In this document: piece by piece, positions 27,659 through 37,108 of the stretch | How positions within the stretch are numbered: position 1 is the stretch's first letter | Layout of the letters: each line of letters starts with the position of its first letter | Assembly (NCBI GenBank): GCA_964468565.1 | Contig: CAYXVN010000001.1 | Location: forward strand, 1 to 50,666 | Length of the DNA: 50,666 bases | Source: an uncultured Oscillospiraceae bacterium | GTDB taxonomy: Bacteria > Bacillota > Clostridia > Oscillospirales > Oscillospiraceae | Direction: 5' to 3' | Position numbers and translations under genes: made by a program | Notes under the pieces: generated by a model | Told to the model about the DNA's origin: nothing | Databases searched by the model: none | What the model saw: the letters and a program-made list of their open reading frames with translations, nothing else

Positions 27659-29268
27659 GGCGATCTCTCCTTCCTGTCGGCGGTAAAGGTAAGGGTGAAG
27701 CAGGTCCCCTCTCCCGGTTCGGTCTCAATCTGAATGGTACCGCCGTATCGCTGAACCAGCTGCGATACCATGAAGAGGCCGAGTCCCCGGTTTTCTCCCT
27801 TGGAGGAAACTCCCTTCTCCCAGATGTGGGGAAGCAGAGCGGGATCCACACCCCGGCCCGTGTCCTCGCAGAGAATCAGGTTGCAGTCCGGGCGGCAGTA
27901 GAGGGAGAGTTTGATCTCCCGTACCTCTGTCTGGCTCCGGGTCAGTTCATCGATGGCGTTTTCCAGCAGGTTGCCGGTGATGGTGGCCAGGTCCTCCGCG
28001 GAGAGGAGCAGATCCTCCTCCCGGCAGGAGCTGTCCTGGGATACTGTGAGAAGAATCCCCTGTTCTGCGGCGTGCATCATCTTTCCGATGATGAGGGCGC
28101 TGAGGCGGGGGACCCGTACGCAGTCCGCCACGCCCCGGATGGACTGGCTGGAGACGAGGCTGCTGTTGAGGATGAAGCGGATGGCCTCTTGGGGCTGGTC
28201 GGTCTGGAGATATCCCAGAATGATGTGCAGGCGGTTCATGAACTCGTGGTTGATGAAGCGCAGCGTGTCCAGCATGTACTTTGTGCCGGAGAGCTCGTCA
28301 GAGAGACGGCGCATCTCCGTCTTGTCGTGGAAAATGTTGAGTACTCCCTGGCTGCCCTCTTCTCCGATGATGGGAACCTCGGTAGTCAGAACCTGATGTT
28401 CTCCTACCACCAGGGAGCGGTTGTGGAGGGCCTGTCCGCTTCGGGCCACCTGATCGCAGCGGGTATCGGGAAAGATGTCCCGCAGGGGCCTGCCGGCCAG
28501 AGGTTCAGACTGCTCGGGAAACAGGCGAATGGCCTGCTCGTTGGCAAAGAGAACGGTACCCCGGGTATCCGTGGCGATGAGCCCGTCCTCAATGGCATTC
28601 AGCACATTTCCCTGGCGCCGGTAGAGGTCCAGCAGTTCATCGGGGCGGCGGCCCCCCAGAGAATCCTTCAGAAGACGGACGATGCCCCGGGAGAGTAGCA
28701 GGGCGGCCAGCAGAGCAGCGGCCAGAATGGCCAGGTAGAGCAGAAAGAGCGTGAGGCTGCGCTGGGAGATGGCGGAGCGGAATATGGCCACCGTAACGAA
28801 CCCGATGATATCGCCCTGTGCATTCCGGATGGCGTGAAAAGCCATGTGCTGGCTGCCGAAGGTGCCGTAGGCGGTGGTGATGTAAGGGTCTGCGCCGTCA
28901 AGAATGGCCTTCTCCTCCCCCTCCAGCAGACTTTCCCCCGTTTCCTGCCGGCTGGTATGATAAAAGCGCAGTCTGAAGCGGTCGTAGACAGCGATCACGT
29001 CCAGGTCCTGATAGCTGTGGTGCAGGGCGTCCAGCATCCGGGCGGCTTCCGGATCCGGATACCCCTGCTCCAGCATGTCCACAACTTCGTCCAGGGAGGC
29101 CACGTAGTCCGCAGCGCCGGCTATGGAGGCGTCGATGCCCTGCTGCTGGCGCTGCAGGTCTGCGGAGAGAGTCAGACACAGCGTAATGAGGAGCAGGAGG
29201 ACGGCGGTGCCGGAGAAGCTGAGAAAAATCTGCTTCTCCAAAGGGAGAGCCCGAAAACGCCTGCCCAC
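27643..29268 (-). CDS. CitA/DcuS-family sensor histidine kinase (sensor, PAS, HATPase)
   Basis: LRFINHEFMNRLH H-box, GNLLENAID, GVSSKGENRGLGL; GTG start after GGAGGTG. Confidence 0.92.
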   Translation of the reverse strand: MGRRFRALPLEKQIFLSFSGTAVLLLLITLCLTLSADLQRQQQGIDASIAGAADYVASLDEVVDMLEQGYPDPEAARMLDALHHSYQDLDVIAVYDRFRLRFYHTSRQETGESLLEGEEKAILDGADPYITTAYGTFGSQHMAFHAIRNAQGDIIGFVTVAIFRSAISQRSLTLFLLYLAILAAALLAALLLSRGIVRLLKDSLGGRRPDELLDLYRRQGNVLNAIEDGLIATDTRGTVLFANEQAIRLFPEQSEPLAGRPLRDIFPDTRCDQVARSGQALHNRSLVVGEHQVLTTEVPIIGEEGSQGVLNIFHDKTEMRRLSDELSGTKYMLDTLRFINHEFMNRLHIILGYLQTDQPQEAIRFILNSSLVSSQSIRGVADCVRVPRLSALIIGKMMHAAEQGILLTVSQDSSCREEDLLLSAEDLATITGNLLENAIDELTRSQTEVREIKLSLYCRPDCNLILCEDTGRGVDPALLPHIWEKGVSSKGENRGLGLFMVSQLVQRYGGTIQIETEPGEGTCFTLTFTADRKERSPCTAS

Positions 29269-29449
29269 AGATATCACCTCCACAAGGGAACTTCGCTCCC
29301 ATTATAGCGAATTTTTCCTCTTCTGAACAGGGAAACGGGCTGTTTTCTGAGCAGGGCAGCAGGGAGGACCCCGGACAGAAAACTGCGGAGCCCCGGTGAG
29401 GGGCTCCGCAGGTTGGGATTGTGCAGCGGAAAACGGAAGGGAACGGACT

Positions 29450-31123
29450 TCAGCGCAGACCATCCCGCAGTTCCCTGCTGATGTGTTTCAGATTGGGATG
29501 GTTGAGGATCTTCATCAGGATGGCAGGCCACTCGGACTCCGCAATGAATCCTTTTATGAAGTTGGCGAGGCTGAGCGCGTCCTCTACAGACAGATTCGGA
29601 ACGGTGAACAGGGTATTCAGAATCTCCGTCACGCCCAGTTCCGGCTGGTTGCTGGCGACGTAGGCGGTGCCCAGTGCCAGAGATGTCATGATCTGTACAT
29701 GGGGGTCGTCCTGGAAGAGGAGTCTGCAGGCCTTCAGGTAGGGAATGAGAGACTCCGTCTCATTGTCAATCAGCATGTGCATCCAGGTGAGGGAGTGGAG
29801 GAAGGAATCCTGGCAGTGCTTGCGGAGGAAGTCCGCAATCTGGTATTCGTCCGCCCCGGACGCTACAAGAATTTTCACGGTGTTCGCCATAAGAGTAGAC
29901 TGCGTGAAGTAGTCCAGGCTCAGGAAGAAGGCCTTGTTGTCCAGAGCCTTCTCTGACAGGGCAAGAGCCTGGGCGAACTGGTCCTTGTTCCAGGCGGGAT
30001 CGGAGAGCATTCCGAGAAGGGCATAGTCGTACGCGGCGGCGTGGTCGAGGAACCACTGGAACATGCGGTTGCGCTGGTCCTGATTGGCTATCTTGATGAG
30101 CCACGTCCAGAATAAGTTGCAGGTTTGGTAGGAGGGGGTCAGGATCGGGTAAAAAGGGAGGGACCCCGGGTCCTCATATTCCTCATCCTCATCCTCATCA
30201 TCGTCTTCGTCGGCTGCAATCCGGGGCCAGAGGTCTTCGTCCTCATCGTCCTCATCGTCCTCGTCCTCATCGTCCTCATCATCTTCGTCGTCATAGCCTT
30301 CGTAATTCTTGTCGTCCATGTAGTGGAAGATGAGATCGTAGGTGATGCACACCAGATCGAAGGCCTCCATGACCAGCCCGCTCTCCACCAGAGGGTGGGT
30401 GGTCTCCAAGAGGCAGTGCTCGATTTCGATGGCCAGATCCTGGGGGTCATCATCGTCAAGGTCGCATAACTCCACACAGGAGTCCTCCAGAAGCTTCTGC
30501 ATGCGGATGCGGAAGCGGATTTTGTAGCTGGGGAGAGGCTGCTTCTGTCGGCGCAGGTAGATCCGCTCCCGGATCCGGGGATCCTCTTCGGCCAGGCTGG
30601 TGAGAAGATCCCGGAGATCTGAGCGCTTCATGTTGGAGATCATGTCATTCCAGTCGGGCTCCGGCTCCGAGTCATCGATGAAATGGTCCTCGGGGATATC
30701 CACGTAGTCATCCAGGGCGCTGAAAAGGGCGGCTACGTGACTGCAGATGTTTTCGGAACCGCAGCTGCACCAGAAACTGAGCCCGTTGTCCTCCTCGTCC
30801 TCGTCCTCATCCTCATCGTCCTCGTCATCCCCATCGTCTTCGTCGTCCTCATCATCCTCGTCGTCTTCGTCCCAGAGCCAGCTGAGGTCTGAGTCATCGA
30901 TGTCATCATCCCCATCGGAATCGTCGTCATCCCAGCCCTCATCGTCTTCATCTTCGACGGTGATTTGGACGTAGTAACGCTTGTCATCAAGAACCACGCC
31001 GTAAACGGTCTCTTCGTCCCGCGAGAGTTCCACGACACGGTTGTGGTTCCAGAGCCAGTGCCCTTCGGCCCGGATCATGGGGGAAACCTGGTCCTTCCAA
31101 TCCAGATCATAGAAGTCGGCCAA
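29450..31123 (-). CDS. SWIM zinc-finger protein with long Asp/Glu tracts
   Basis: CSC-GSENI-CSH SWIM motif; TTG start 31123 after AAGGAGG; helical C-terminus. Confidence 0.75.
   Translation of the reverse strand: MADFYDLDWKDQVSPMIRAEGHWLWNHNRVVELSRDEETVYGVVLDDKRYYVQITVEDEDDEGWDDDDSDGDDDIDDSDLSWLWDEDDEDDEDDEDDGDDEDDEDEDEDEEDNGLSFWCSCGSENICSHVAALFSALDDYVDIPEDHFIDDSEPEPDWNDMISNMKRSDLRDLLTSLAEEDPRIRERIYLRRQKQPLPSYKIRFRIRMQKLLEDSCVELCDLDDDDPQDLAIEIEHCLLETTHPLVESGLVMEAFDLVCITYDLIFHYMDDKNYEGYDDEDDEDDEDEDDEDDEDEDLWPRIAADEDDDEDEDEEYEDPGSLPFYPILTPSYQTCNLFWTWLIKIANQDQRNRMFQWFLDHAAAYDYALLGMLSDPAWNKDQFAQALALSEKALDNKAFFLSLDYFTQSTLMANTVKILVASGADEYQIADFLRKHCQDSFLHSLTWMHMLIDNETESLIPYLKACRLLFQDDPHVQIMTSLALGTAYVASNQPELGVTEILNTLFTVPNLSVEDALSLANFIKGFIAESEWPAILMKILNHPNLKHISRELRDGLR
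30170..30293 (-). repeat. Low-complexity GAY/GAR codon tract (poly-D/E) 2
   Basis: CCTCATCGT units repeated on the plus strand. Confidence 0.85.
30786..30956 (-). repeat. Low-complexity GAY/GAR codon tract (poly-D/E) 1
   Basis: Imperfect runs of GATGAGGAC-type units. Confidence 0.85.
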
Positions 31124-31243
31124 ACAGCATTCCTCCTTGTTTTTGATTTTGTGAACAGTCCGGCTCCAGGGCGACAGTGGGTGGCCCGGTCTGATTCCCG
31201 CACGGCCGGACTGCAGGGGTTTCGATGTGCGGGAACGGTGAAG

Positions 31244-31272
31244 AGTATACCACAGGGGGAGCGAGAAGGGAA
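31244..31272 (-). promoter_or_regulatory. Promoter of SWIM gene
   Basis: TTCCCT-17 bp (ending TGTGG)-TATACT. Confidence 0.55.
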
Positions 31273-32294
31273 TGCCAAATTTCTGGTGTGTAAGCACAAC
31301 AGCGGGCAGCCTTTCCCAGTGCCTCCCGGCAGTAAGAGCGGAACTGACGGCAATCTCCTTCGGGGGGCTTCCTTCTGCTGCGAAAACAGGCTGTGCCCCA
31401 GGGCGGGGACCGGACTTCCGGCCAGCATACCCGGGTGGGGTCCATTCCGCCCCTGCCGACAGGGCTCCGGATGAACCGGAACTGGAGATCTGCCTTGGGT
31501 GTGCGGGGGGAGTGGAGTATGGCCTTCCAGAGGGTGGAGGTTTCCAGACTGGAAGCGACCCGGACACCTGCCAGAAGGGAAGGTGAGGTACTCCTGTCGC
31601 AGCAGGTCATCCGGTTCAGAGCGGAGCGGACTGCGTCTGCGCAGCCGATGTCGGCCGGGCAGCGGCCGGGAGGACCGTTTCTTTCCGAAGAGACCTTCAG
31701 ATCGCCCAAAGAGGGAAAGAGGGTGCATTTCACCCGAACCTGCAGCATTCTGCCCTGCCGGCAGCGGAGTCGGTTCAGGGTTCCGCCAGAGCCTGCTGCA
31801 GAAATATGGTGTGGCAGATGGTCCGGCAAGGTGGTCGGTCTCCAGTTTCCGCAGTTCCCTGAGGGGGCAATGACATCATCGGGAAGTTTCTTCCAGATCC
31901 GGGAGACAGAGCGGGACATTCTGGGGTTGCCTGGGGGAAAAATCCTTGGAGCAGGAAAGGATGCTGCCAGTATACCACACTGACCGGGAAAGGGGAAGAG
32001 GTTTTTGCGGGAAAACGGGTCGGAAGAACCCAGTTCTTCTGCAGCGGGGTCCGACCGCTCCGATGCTCTGCGGGCCGGTTTTCGGGGAAGCGGAGAAGGG
32101 GATGAAGACAGGAAGCTGACGGGAATGGGAGGGTCCGGTTCTGTCGTGGGGAGCAGGGGGACCACCTGCAGTGTCAGCCGGGAAGGCAGGATGATCTGCG
32201 GTTCCGACAGACGGGAGAGGTCCGCGCAGAAGGGAGAAGCGCCGTGAGGAATCTGGGAAGAGACCTGGCGGTGCCTTCGGCTGCAGCCGGACAG

Positions 32295-32418
32295 AAGAAA
32301 GGGTCCTTCAGACGGGCAGACGGTCTGGAGGACCCTTTTATAAAGGTAGGAGCATATTCCGTTGTGTCGGTGAGGGAGCTGGTGTGACAGCTGTTGCGGG
32401 CGGGATCGGGCTGCCCGG
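32295..32418. repeat. Dispersed ~125 bp repeat, copy A (hairpin plus conserved tail)
   Basis: Aligns by eye with 46705-46831: GGGTCC..CAGAC...GTCTG..GGACCC, TAAAGGTAGGAGCATRTTCCG, TGTGACAGC, GGGATCGGGCTGCCCGG. Confidence 0.85.
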
Positions 32419-32803
32419 CTTTTCGGTCCTTCACCCCGTGGCAGGTTTCCTCTGGCTGCCGATCCGGATTTCCGATGGGGGGTCACAGCACAGCAGAGAG
32501 TGCCGGTGAAGGAGCCGGCTGCGGCAGGCAGGATGTCCTCCTGGGATTGGCGAAGATCTTCGGAGGAGGGGGCTTTCCGGGATCGCCATCTTCACCGGTG
32601 GCGGGAATTGCGGCGCCGGCTTGTCCCTGAGACCGGAGAGGGAACTCTGGCAGGGTAAGAGGGATGTGCCGGTTGGGGGGAGGGAGAACCGGGCGCTGCT
32701 GCAGTTTCTGCTCTACAGGAGGTTGCCGGTGCAGCTGTCCCTTCGCCGCTTTGGCAGTCGGCAGGAAGTGCTCTCTCTGAAGGCGCAGCGTCAGGCGGGG
32801 GAT

Positions 32804-33616
32804 TCACATCGAGAGCACAATATCGGTCAGGAGCTTCCGGAAGGACTGGGCCACAAGGTCTGCCGTCTTCTGAACCTCGCTGTGGTCCAATGCCTCCTGA
32901 GACATGCCAGCCGCCAGGTTGGTGATGCAGGAGATGCCGCATACCTCCATCCCCATGTGCCGGGCGGCCATGGCCTCGCAGGCGGTGCTCATGCCAATGG
33001 CGTCTCCGCCCCAGCTCCGGCACAGCCGAACTTCAGCGGGCGTCTCGTAGTTGGGGCCGGTGAGCTGGACATACACTCCTTCCTGCAGAGGAATACCGTT
33101 CTTTCTGGCAGCCGCTCTTGCCACATCCTGAAGACGACGGCCGTAAACCTGGCTCATGTCGGGGAACCGGGGGCCCAGTTCCTCCAGATTGGGACCGATG
33201 AGGGGACTGGGGACGCCCACTGTAATGTGATCTGTGATCAGCATCAGGTCTCCGGGGTGGAAGGCGGGATTGCAGCCTCCCGCCGCATTGGTCAGCACCA
33301 GCTTCTCTGCCCCCATGAGGCCCATGAGCCGGGTAGGCAGGACCACATCCCCCATGGGATAGCCCTCGTAATAGTGGACGCGGCCCTGCATGATCACCAC
33401 GGGGACCTCTCCCACATAGCCGAATACGAAGCGCCCTTTGTGTCCCTTGACGGTTGAAGTGGGGAAACCCGTGATTTCCCCGTAGTCCACGGTGGCTGCT
33501 GTGCGGATGTGGTCAGCATAGTCACCCAGACCGGAGCCGAGGATCAGCCCGACCCTGGGTCTGAAATCTGTCTTCTCCCGTACGCTGCTCAGGCAGGTGC
33601 GCAACTTTTGATCCAT
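32804..33616 (-). CDS. punA: Purine-nucleoside phosphorylase (trimeric NP-I type)
   Basis: ILGSGLG, GHKG, QGRVHYYEG, TNAAGG, GPNYETPAE, GMST, ITNLAAG. Confidence 0.95.
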   Translation of the reverse strand: MDQKLRTCLSSVREKTDFRPRVGLILGSGLGDYADHIRTAATVDYGEITGFPTSTVKGHKGRFVFGYVGEVPVVIMQGRVHYYEGYPMGDVVLPTRLMGLMGAEKLVLTNAAGGCNPAFHPGDLMLITDHITVGVPSPLIGPNLEELGPRFPDMSQVYGRRLQDVARAAARKNGIPLQEGVYVQLTGPNYETPAEVRLCRSWGGDAIGMSTACEAMAARHMGMEVCGISCITNLAAGMSQEALDHSEVQKTADLVAQSFRKLLTDIVLSM

Positions 33617-33633
33617 TGTTCAGACTCCTCTCG

Positions 33634-34365
33634 TCAGATTTCCTCTGCCAGGACCTGGGAGACCAGCTCCTCCAGGCGCAGATACTGTTCGTGGTTCACC
33701 ACCAGGTAGTTGCCCTCAATGCTGAGCAGTCCGGCCTCCCGGAATTTCTTCACCGACCGGGAAATGGATTTCAGGCACAGCCCGGTGAAGTCCGAAAGTC
33801 CCTGCCGGTCCCGGTTCAGGCGCAGAACTCCGTTTTTCGCGCACTTGCGATACCGGGTGACGAGGAGCAGCGCCACCCGGTCCGAACCCTGCAGGAACAG
33901 CAGGGCACGGTTTTCCCGGGCGGTCTCCAGCAGGTACTCCCCCATCAGCTGGCTCTCATTCTTCAGAGCGTCCGGGTCCGTCTCGATCCACTGCTTGTAA
34001 GCCTGACTTGGAATCCGCAGGACCGTGCAGGCTGTCACGGTCTGGAGTGTCGCCTGGTATTTGTCCAGATGGATGATCACTTCCATCCCGCCCAGCGCAT
34101 ACATCTTGCAGAAGAGCTTGAAGTCGTACGCAAAGCCGTAGATCCGGTAATCTGTCGCTTTGATCAGGCCCTTGGCGATAAAGTAGATCGTATTCACCGG
34201 AGATCCCTCTTTGATGAATACGGTTCCCTTGCTCATCTCCTGGAGGGAGCAGGTGTCCAGCAGCCAGTCGGGAGCGGTGCGGAAGTAGTGCTCGAATTCC
34301 TTCCGCTTGTCCTGCTCCAGATCACGAAGGGCCGGAAATCTGTCCAGTAATGTGCTGTTTTCCAC
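33634..34365 (-). CDS. Crp/Fnr-family transcriptional regulator (paralog 1)
   Basis: cNMP-like barrel (IKEGSPVNTIYFIAKG), C-terminal HTH LSDFTGLCLKSISRS; GTG start after AAAGGGGG. Confidence 0.88.
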   Translation of the reverse strand: MENSTLLDRFPALRDLEQDKRKEFEHYFRTAPDWLLDTCSLQEMSKGTVFIKEGSPVNTIYFIAKGLIKATDYRIYGFAYDFKLFCKMYALGGMEVIIHLDKYQATLQTVTACTVLRIPSQAYKQWIETDPDALKNESQLMGEYLLETARENRALLFLQGSDRVALLLVTRYRKCAKNGVLRLNRDRQGLSDFTGLCLKSISRSVKKFREAGLLSIEGNYLVVNHEQYLRLEELVSQVLAEEI

Positions 34366-34604
34366 GGCGATACCCCCTTTTTCCATCTGCATTGCTTCGA
34401 ACTGTCTCTTGCGTCGGTTGCTTCACCTCCGTAACCTGGGGATCCCCTTTCTGTGGTGGGGCCCGACGTCCCTCACCCCACTCGGATGGAACTCTGCTGC
34501 CGGTTACCTTGGCCGGCTGCCGGAGGGGTGCCCGCCCGGGAAGATACCAGGCGGCAGAGATCTGCAGGGCGGACTCCGGACTCAGTTTCTTTCCCCGTGC
34601 CGGG

Positions 34605-35795
34605 CTACTGGAGATCCTTCAGGAGAGAGGTTCCGATGGTGTCTTCCGGCATGGCCACGTTGAAGTTGTCCGCCACGGTAGCCCCGATGACGGCAAAGGT
34701 GTCCTGCTCCGGAAGTGCCCCGCTGCCCTCCATGGATCTGGAGTAGGCCAGGAAGGGGACCTTCTCCCGGGTGTGGTCCGTTCCCGTGTAGGTGGGATCC
34801 GTTCCATGATCTGCGGTAATAATCAGCAGATCGTCCTCCCGCAGTACGCCCAGCAGTTCTTCCAGCTTCCGGTCGAAACGCTCCAGCTCCTGGGCATACC
34901 CCACCGGATTTCTCCGGTGTCCCCATTTGGCATCAAAGTCCACCAGGTTGACAAAGCACAGGCCGCTGAAGTTCCCCCTGGCCAGGTCAATGGTCTGTTC
35001 CATGCCATGGACGGAGGATTTTGACCTGTAGAAGTCGGTGATTCCCTCTCCGGCAAAGATGTCCACGATCTTGCCTACGGAGATCACCTGGAAGCTGCCT
35101 TCCTTCAGCGCGTCCAGTACCGTCTTTCCGGAGGGCTTGAGGGCATAGTCGTGGCGGTTGCTGGTCCGCACAAATTCACCACGCTTCTTCCCTACATAGG
35201 GCCTGGCGATGACGCGGCCAACCTTCCACTTGTCCTGGAGGGTAAGCTCCCGGGCGATTTCGCAGCAGCGGTACAGTTCGTCCAGCCCGAAGGTCTCCTC
35301 ATTTCCGCAGATCTGCAGCACGGAGTCCGCGGAGGTGTAGACGATCATGTGCCCTGTGGCGATCTCCTCCTCTGCCAGCTCATCCAGAATCACGGTGCCG
35401 CTGGCACTCTTGTTGCCGATGACCTTGTGACCGGTCCGCTTCTCCAGTTCGGCGATGAGATCCGGCGGAAAGCCGGTATCGGTAAAGGTCTGAAATGGTG
35501 TCCTGGTCTCCAGCCCCATCATCTCCCAGTGTCCGGCCATGGTGTCTTTCGCATTGCTGCGCTCCCGCAGCACGGCCCGGTAGCCCAGGGGATGGTCCAG
35601 AGGGGGAACCTGCTTCAGCGATACCAGATTGGCCAGGCCCAGTTTCTGGAGATTGGGGATATCGAAGGTCTGGACCGACTCGGAAATATGCCCCAGGGTG
35701 TTCACCCCCACATCTCCGAACCGCTCGCTGTCCGGCATGGCGCCGATTCCCATGGAGTCCACCACAACCACAAAGATGCGCGGGTAGGTTTTCAT
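34605..35795 (-). CDS. deoB: Phosphopentomutase
   Basis: [56 protein letters not shown]; ATG 35795. Confidence 0.96.
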   Translation of the reverse strand: MKTYPRIFVVVVDSMGIGAMPDSERFGDVGVNTLGHISESVQTFDIPNLQKLGLANLVSLKQVPPLDHPLGYRAVLRERSNAKDTMAGHWEMMGLETRTPFQTFTDTGFPPDLIAELEKRTGHKVIGNKSASGTVILDELAEEEIATGHMIVYTSADSVLQICGNEETFGLDELYRCCEIARELTLQDKWKVGRVIARPYVGKKRGEFVRTSNRHDYALKPSGKTVLDALKEGSFQVISVGKIVDIFAGEGITDFYRSKSSVHGMEQTIDLARGNFSGLCFVNLVDFDAKWGHRRNPVGYAQELERFDRKLEELLGVLREDDLLIITADHGTDPTYTGTDHTREKVPFLAYSRSMEGSGALPEQDTFAVIGATVADNFNVAMPEDTIGTSLLKDLQ

Positions 35796-36099
35796 TCCTC
35801 TCACATTCCTTTCAGATGACTGCTGCCGAATCCGGAGGGATCCGTACATACAGCGTGCAGAGCCGGCATGTCCGCCGGGTGTCTGATGTTTTGCAAGAAT
35901 AATCGGAGAGATATCAGCAGTTCTCTGCCCTCCTCTGGAGGCAGTTGCCACAAAGGGCGGTCGATGGAGCGCCCTTCCGGTTTCCTCCATGGAAGATCTG
36001 CCGGGAACCGCAGCAGGGTAGGGCTGACGATTGCGGTATGTTTTATGGCGCCGTCTCCTGTCCGGGGATCTGGGGGTGGAACGGGAACTATGAACTGTT

Positions 36100-36191
36100 A
36101 TTATACACATGACGAATCAATCGAAAAGGACTTCAGTCCCCCTCAGAGGAATTTCTCCGGTCAGTTTGACGGCATCAGGGACGCGGGTCCC
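36100..36191 (-). promoter_or_regulatory. deoB operon promoter with two GGAC-N4-GTCC palindromes
   Basis: TATAAT at 36100-36105; AGGACTTCAGTCCC 36127-36140 and GGGACGCGGGTCCC 36178-36191. Confidence 0.7.
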
Positions 36192-36760
36192 ATTCTCTTT
36201 CAACGAATTTCATAAGTTTATGCCATAATGCCCCATAAATAGGAAATATCACTAATTCAGGAATGAAATCGGGTGTTTCTCCCCAGTGAGTACCCACAAA
36301 GAGTTCCGAAAGCCATACCAAAGGAGACCCTTCATATCTTTGGGACTCCTCCATCGAGAATCTTGGCTGCTCTGAAGCATGGACACGCATCGAAGTCAAT
36401 CGGATGCCGGACCCAGTGCGGTGCGGACATTGGGACAGACGGGAATTACGGAAAGCAGGTGGATCGGATCAGTACGCTGCACAGTCCGGTTCAGGATCGT
36501 CAGCAGAGCGTAAGCCGGCCTTGCGGCTCCCTGTCAGTGAACTGCAGCGGGTCTGCGGGAGCCGGGCACCTGCCAGATCTGCCCGGATGCTCATCTGAAC
36601 CTGGCTCTAAGAGGGAGACAGTCCGGACGGGCAGATGCCTCCGACAGCTTCGCTCCGTCCGTTGAAGGCAAGCCGCATCGCCAGGACAGCGTTACGGGTT
36701 CCGGTCACTCCATAAAATCATTGGAAGCAGCCACTCCAATCGGACGGGCGCAGCTGGTGC

Positions 36761-36798
36761 AAAAAAACCATGACCGGCATATCTTACGCTGGTCATGG
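36761..36798 (-). terminator. Intrinsic terminator (minus strand)
   Basis: CCATGACCAGC-loop-GCCGGTCATGG-TTTTTTT on the minus strand. Confidence 0.7.
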
Positions 36799-36941
36799 CA
36801 AGAGCAGGCTCCCGGTGGATATAACCCGGGGAAACGGTCAGGGTCAGGAGGGCTGATTATGTGGATGCCTCTCTATTGGGGGGAAAGTCACCTGGCAGAT
36901 CATTTTTTCCAGAAGTCAGGTCTGGCCCCATGGCTATACAA

Positions 36942-37074
36942 CGGGGGCACTCAAAATCCGAGGTAACGAAAGGTTCAGGACCTTTGGAGGGAAGAGAGCG
37001 TCAGCGGATCTGACGTAGATTCCGCTCTGTCTGATGCCGAATCGTTTCATTCCTGGGTGATTTGAGTGCCCCCG
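36942..37074. repeat. 133-bp element with perfect 14-bp terminal inverted repeats
   Basis: CGGGGGCACTCAAA (36942-36955) / TTTGAGTGCCCCCG (37061-37074); imperfect pairing continues about 20 bp inward. Confidence 0.7.
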
Positions 37075-37108
37075 CCGGGAAACAGGGTCCGAACCCTGCT
37101 GCAGGAGT

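Noticed and set aside
31107-32486. 459-aa ORF and the 148-aa N-terminal extension of the SWIM ORF
   Set aside because: P/S/R-rich non-protein composition; an RBS and promoter support the 31123 start.
36256-36268. TTCAGGAATGAA shared with 44607 and partly complementary to 37045-37055
   Set aside because: 11-12 bp matches are expected by chance in 50 kb; no consistent context.
36210-36300. Possible purine riboswitch near deoB
   Set aside because: No recognisable P1-P3 consensus, and it lies upstream of the predicted start site.
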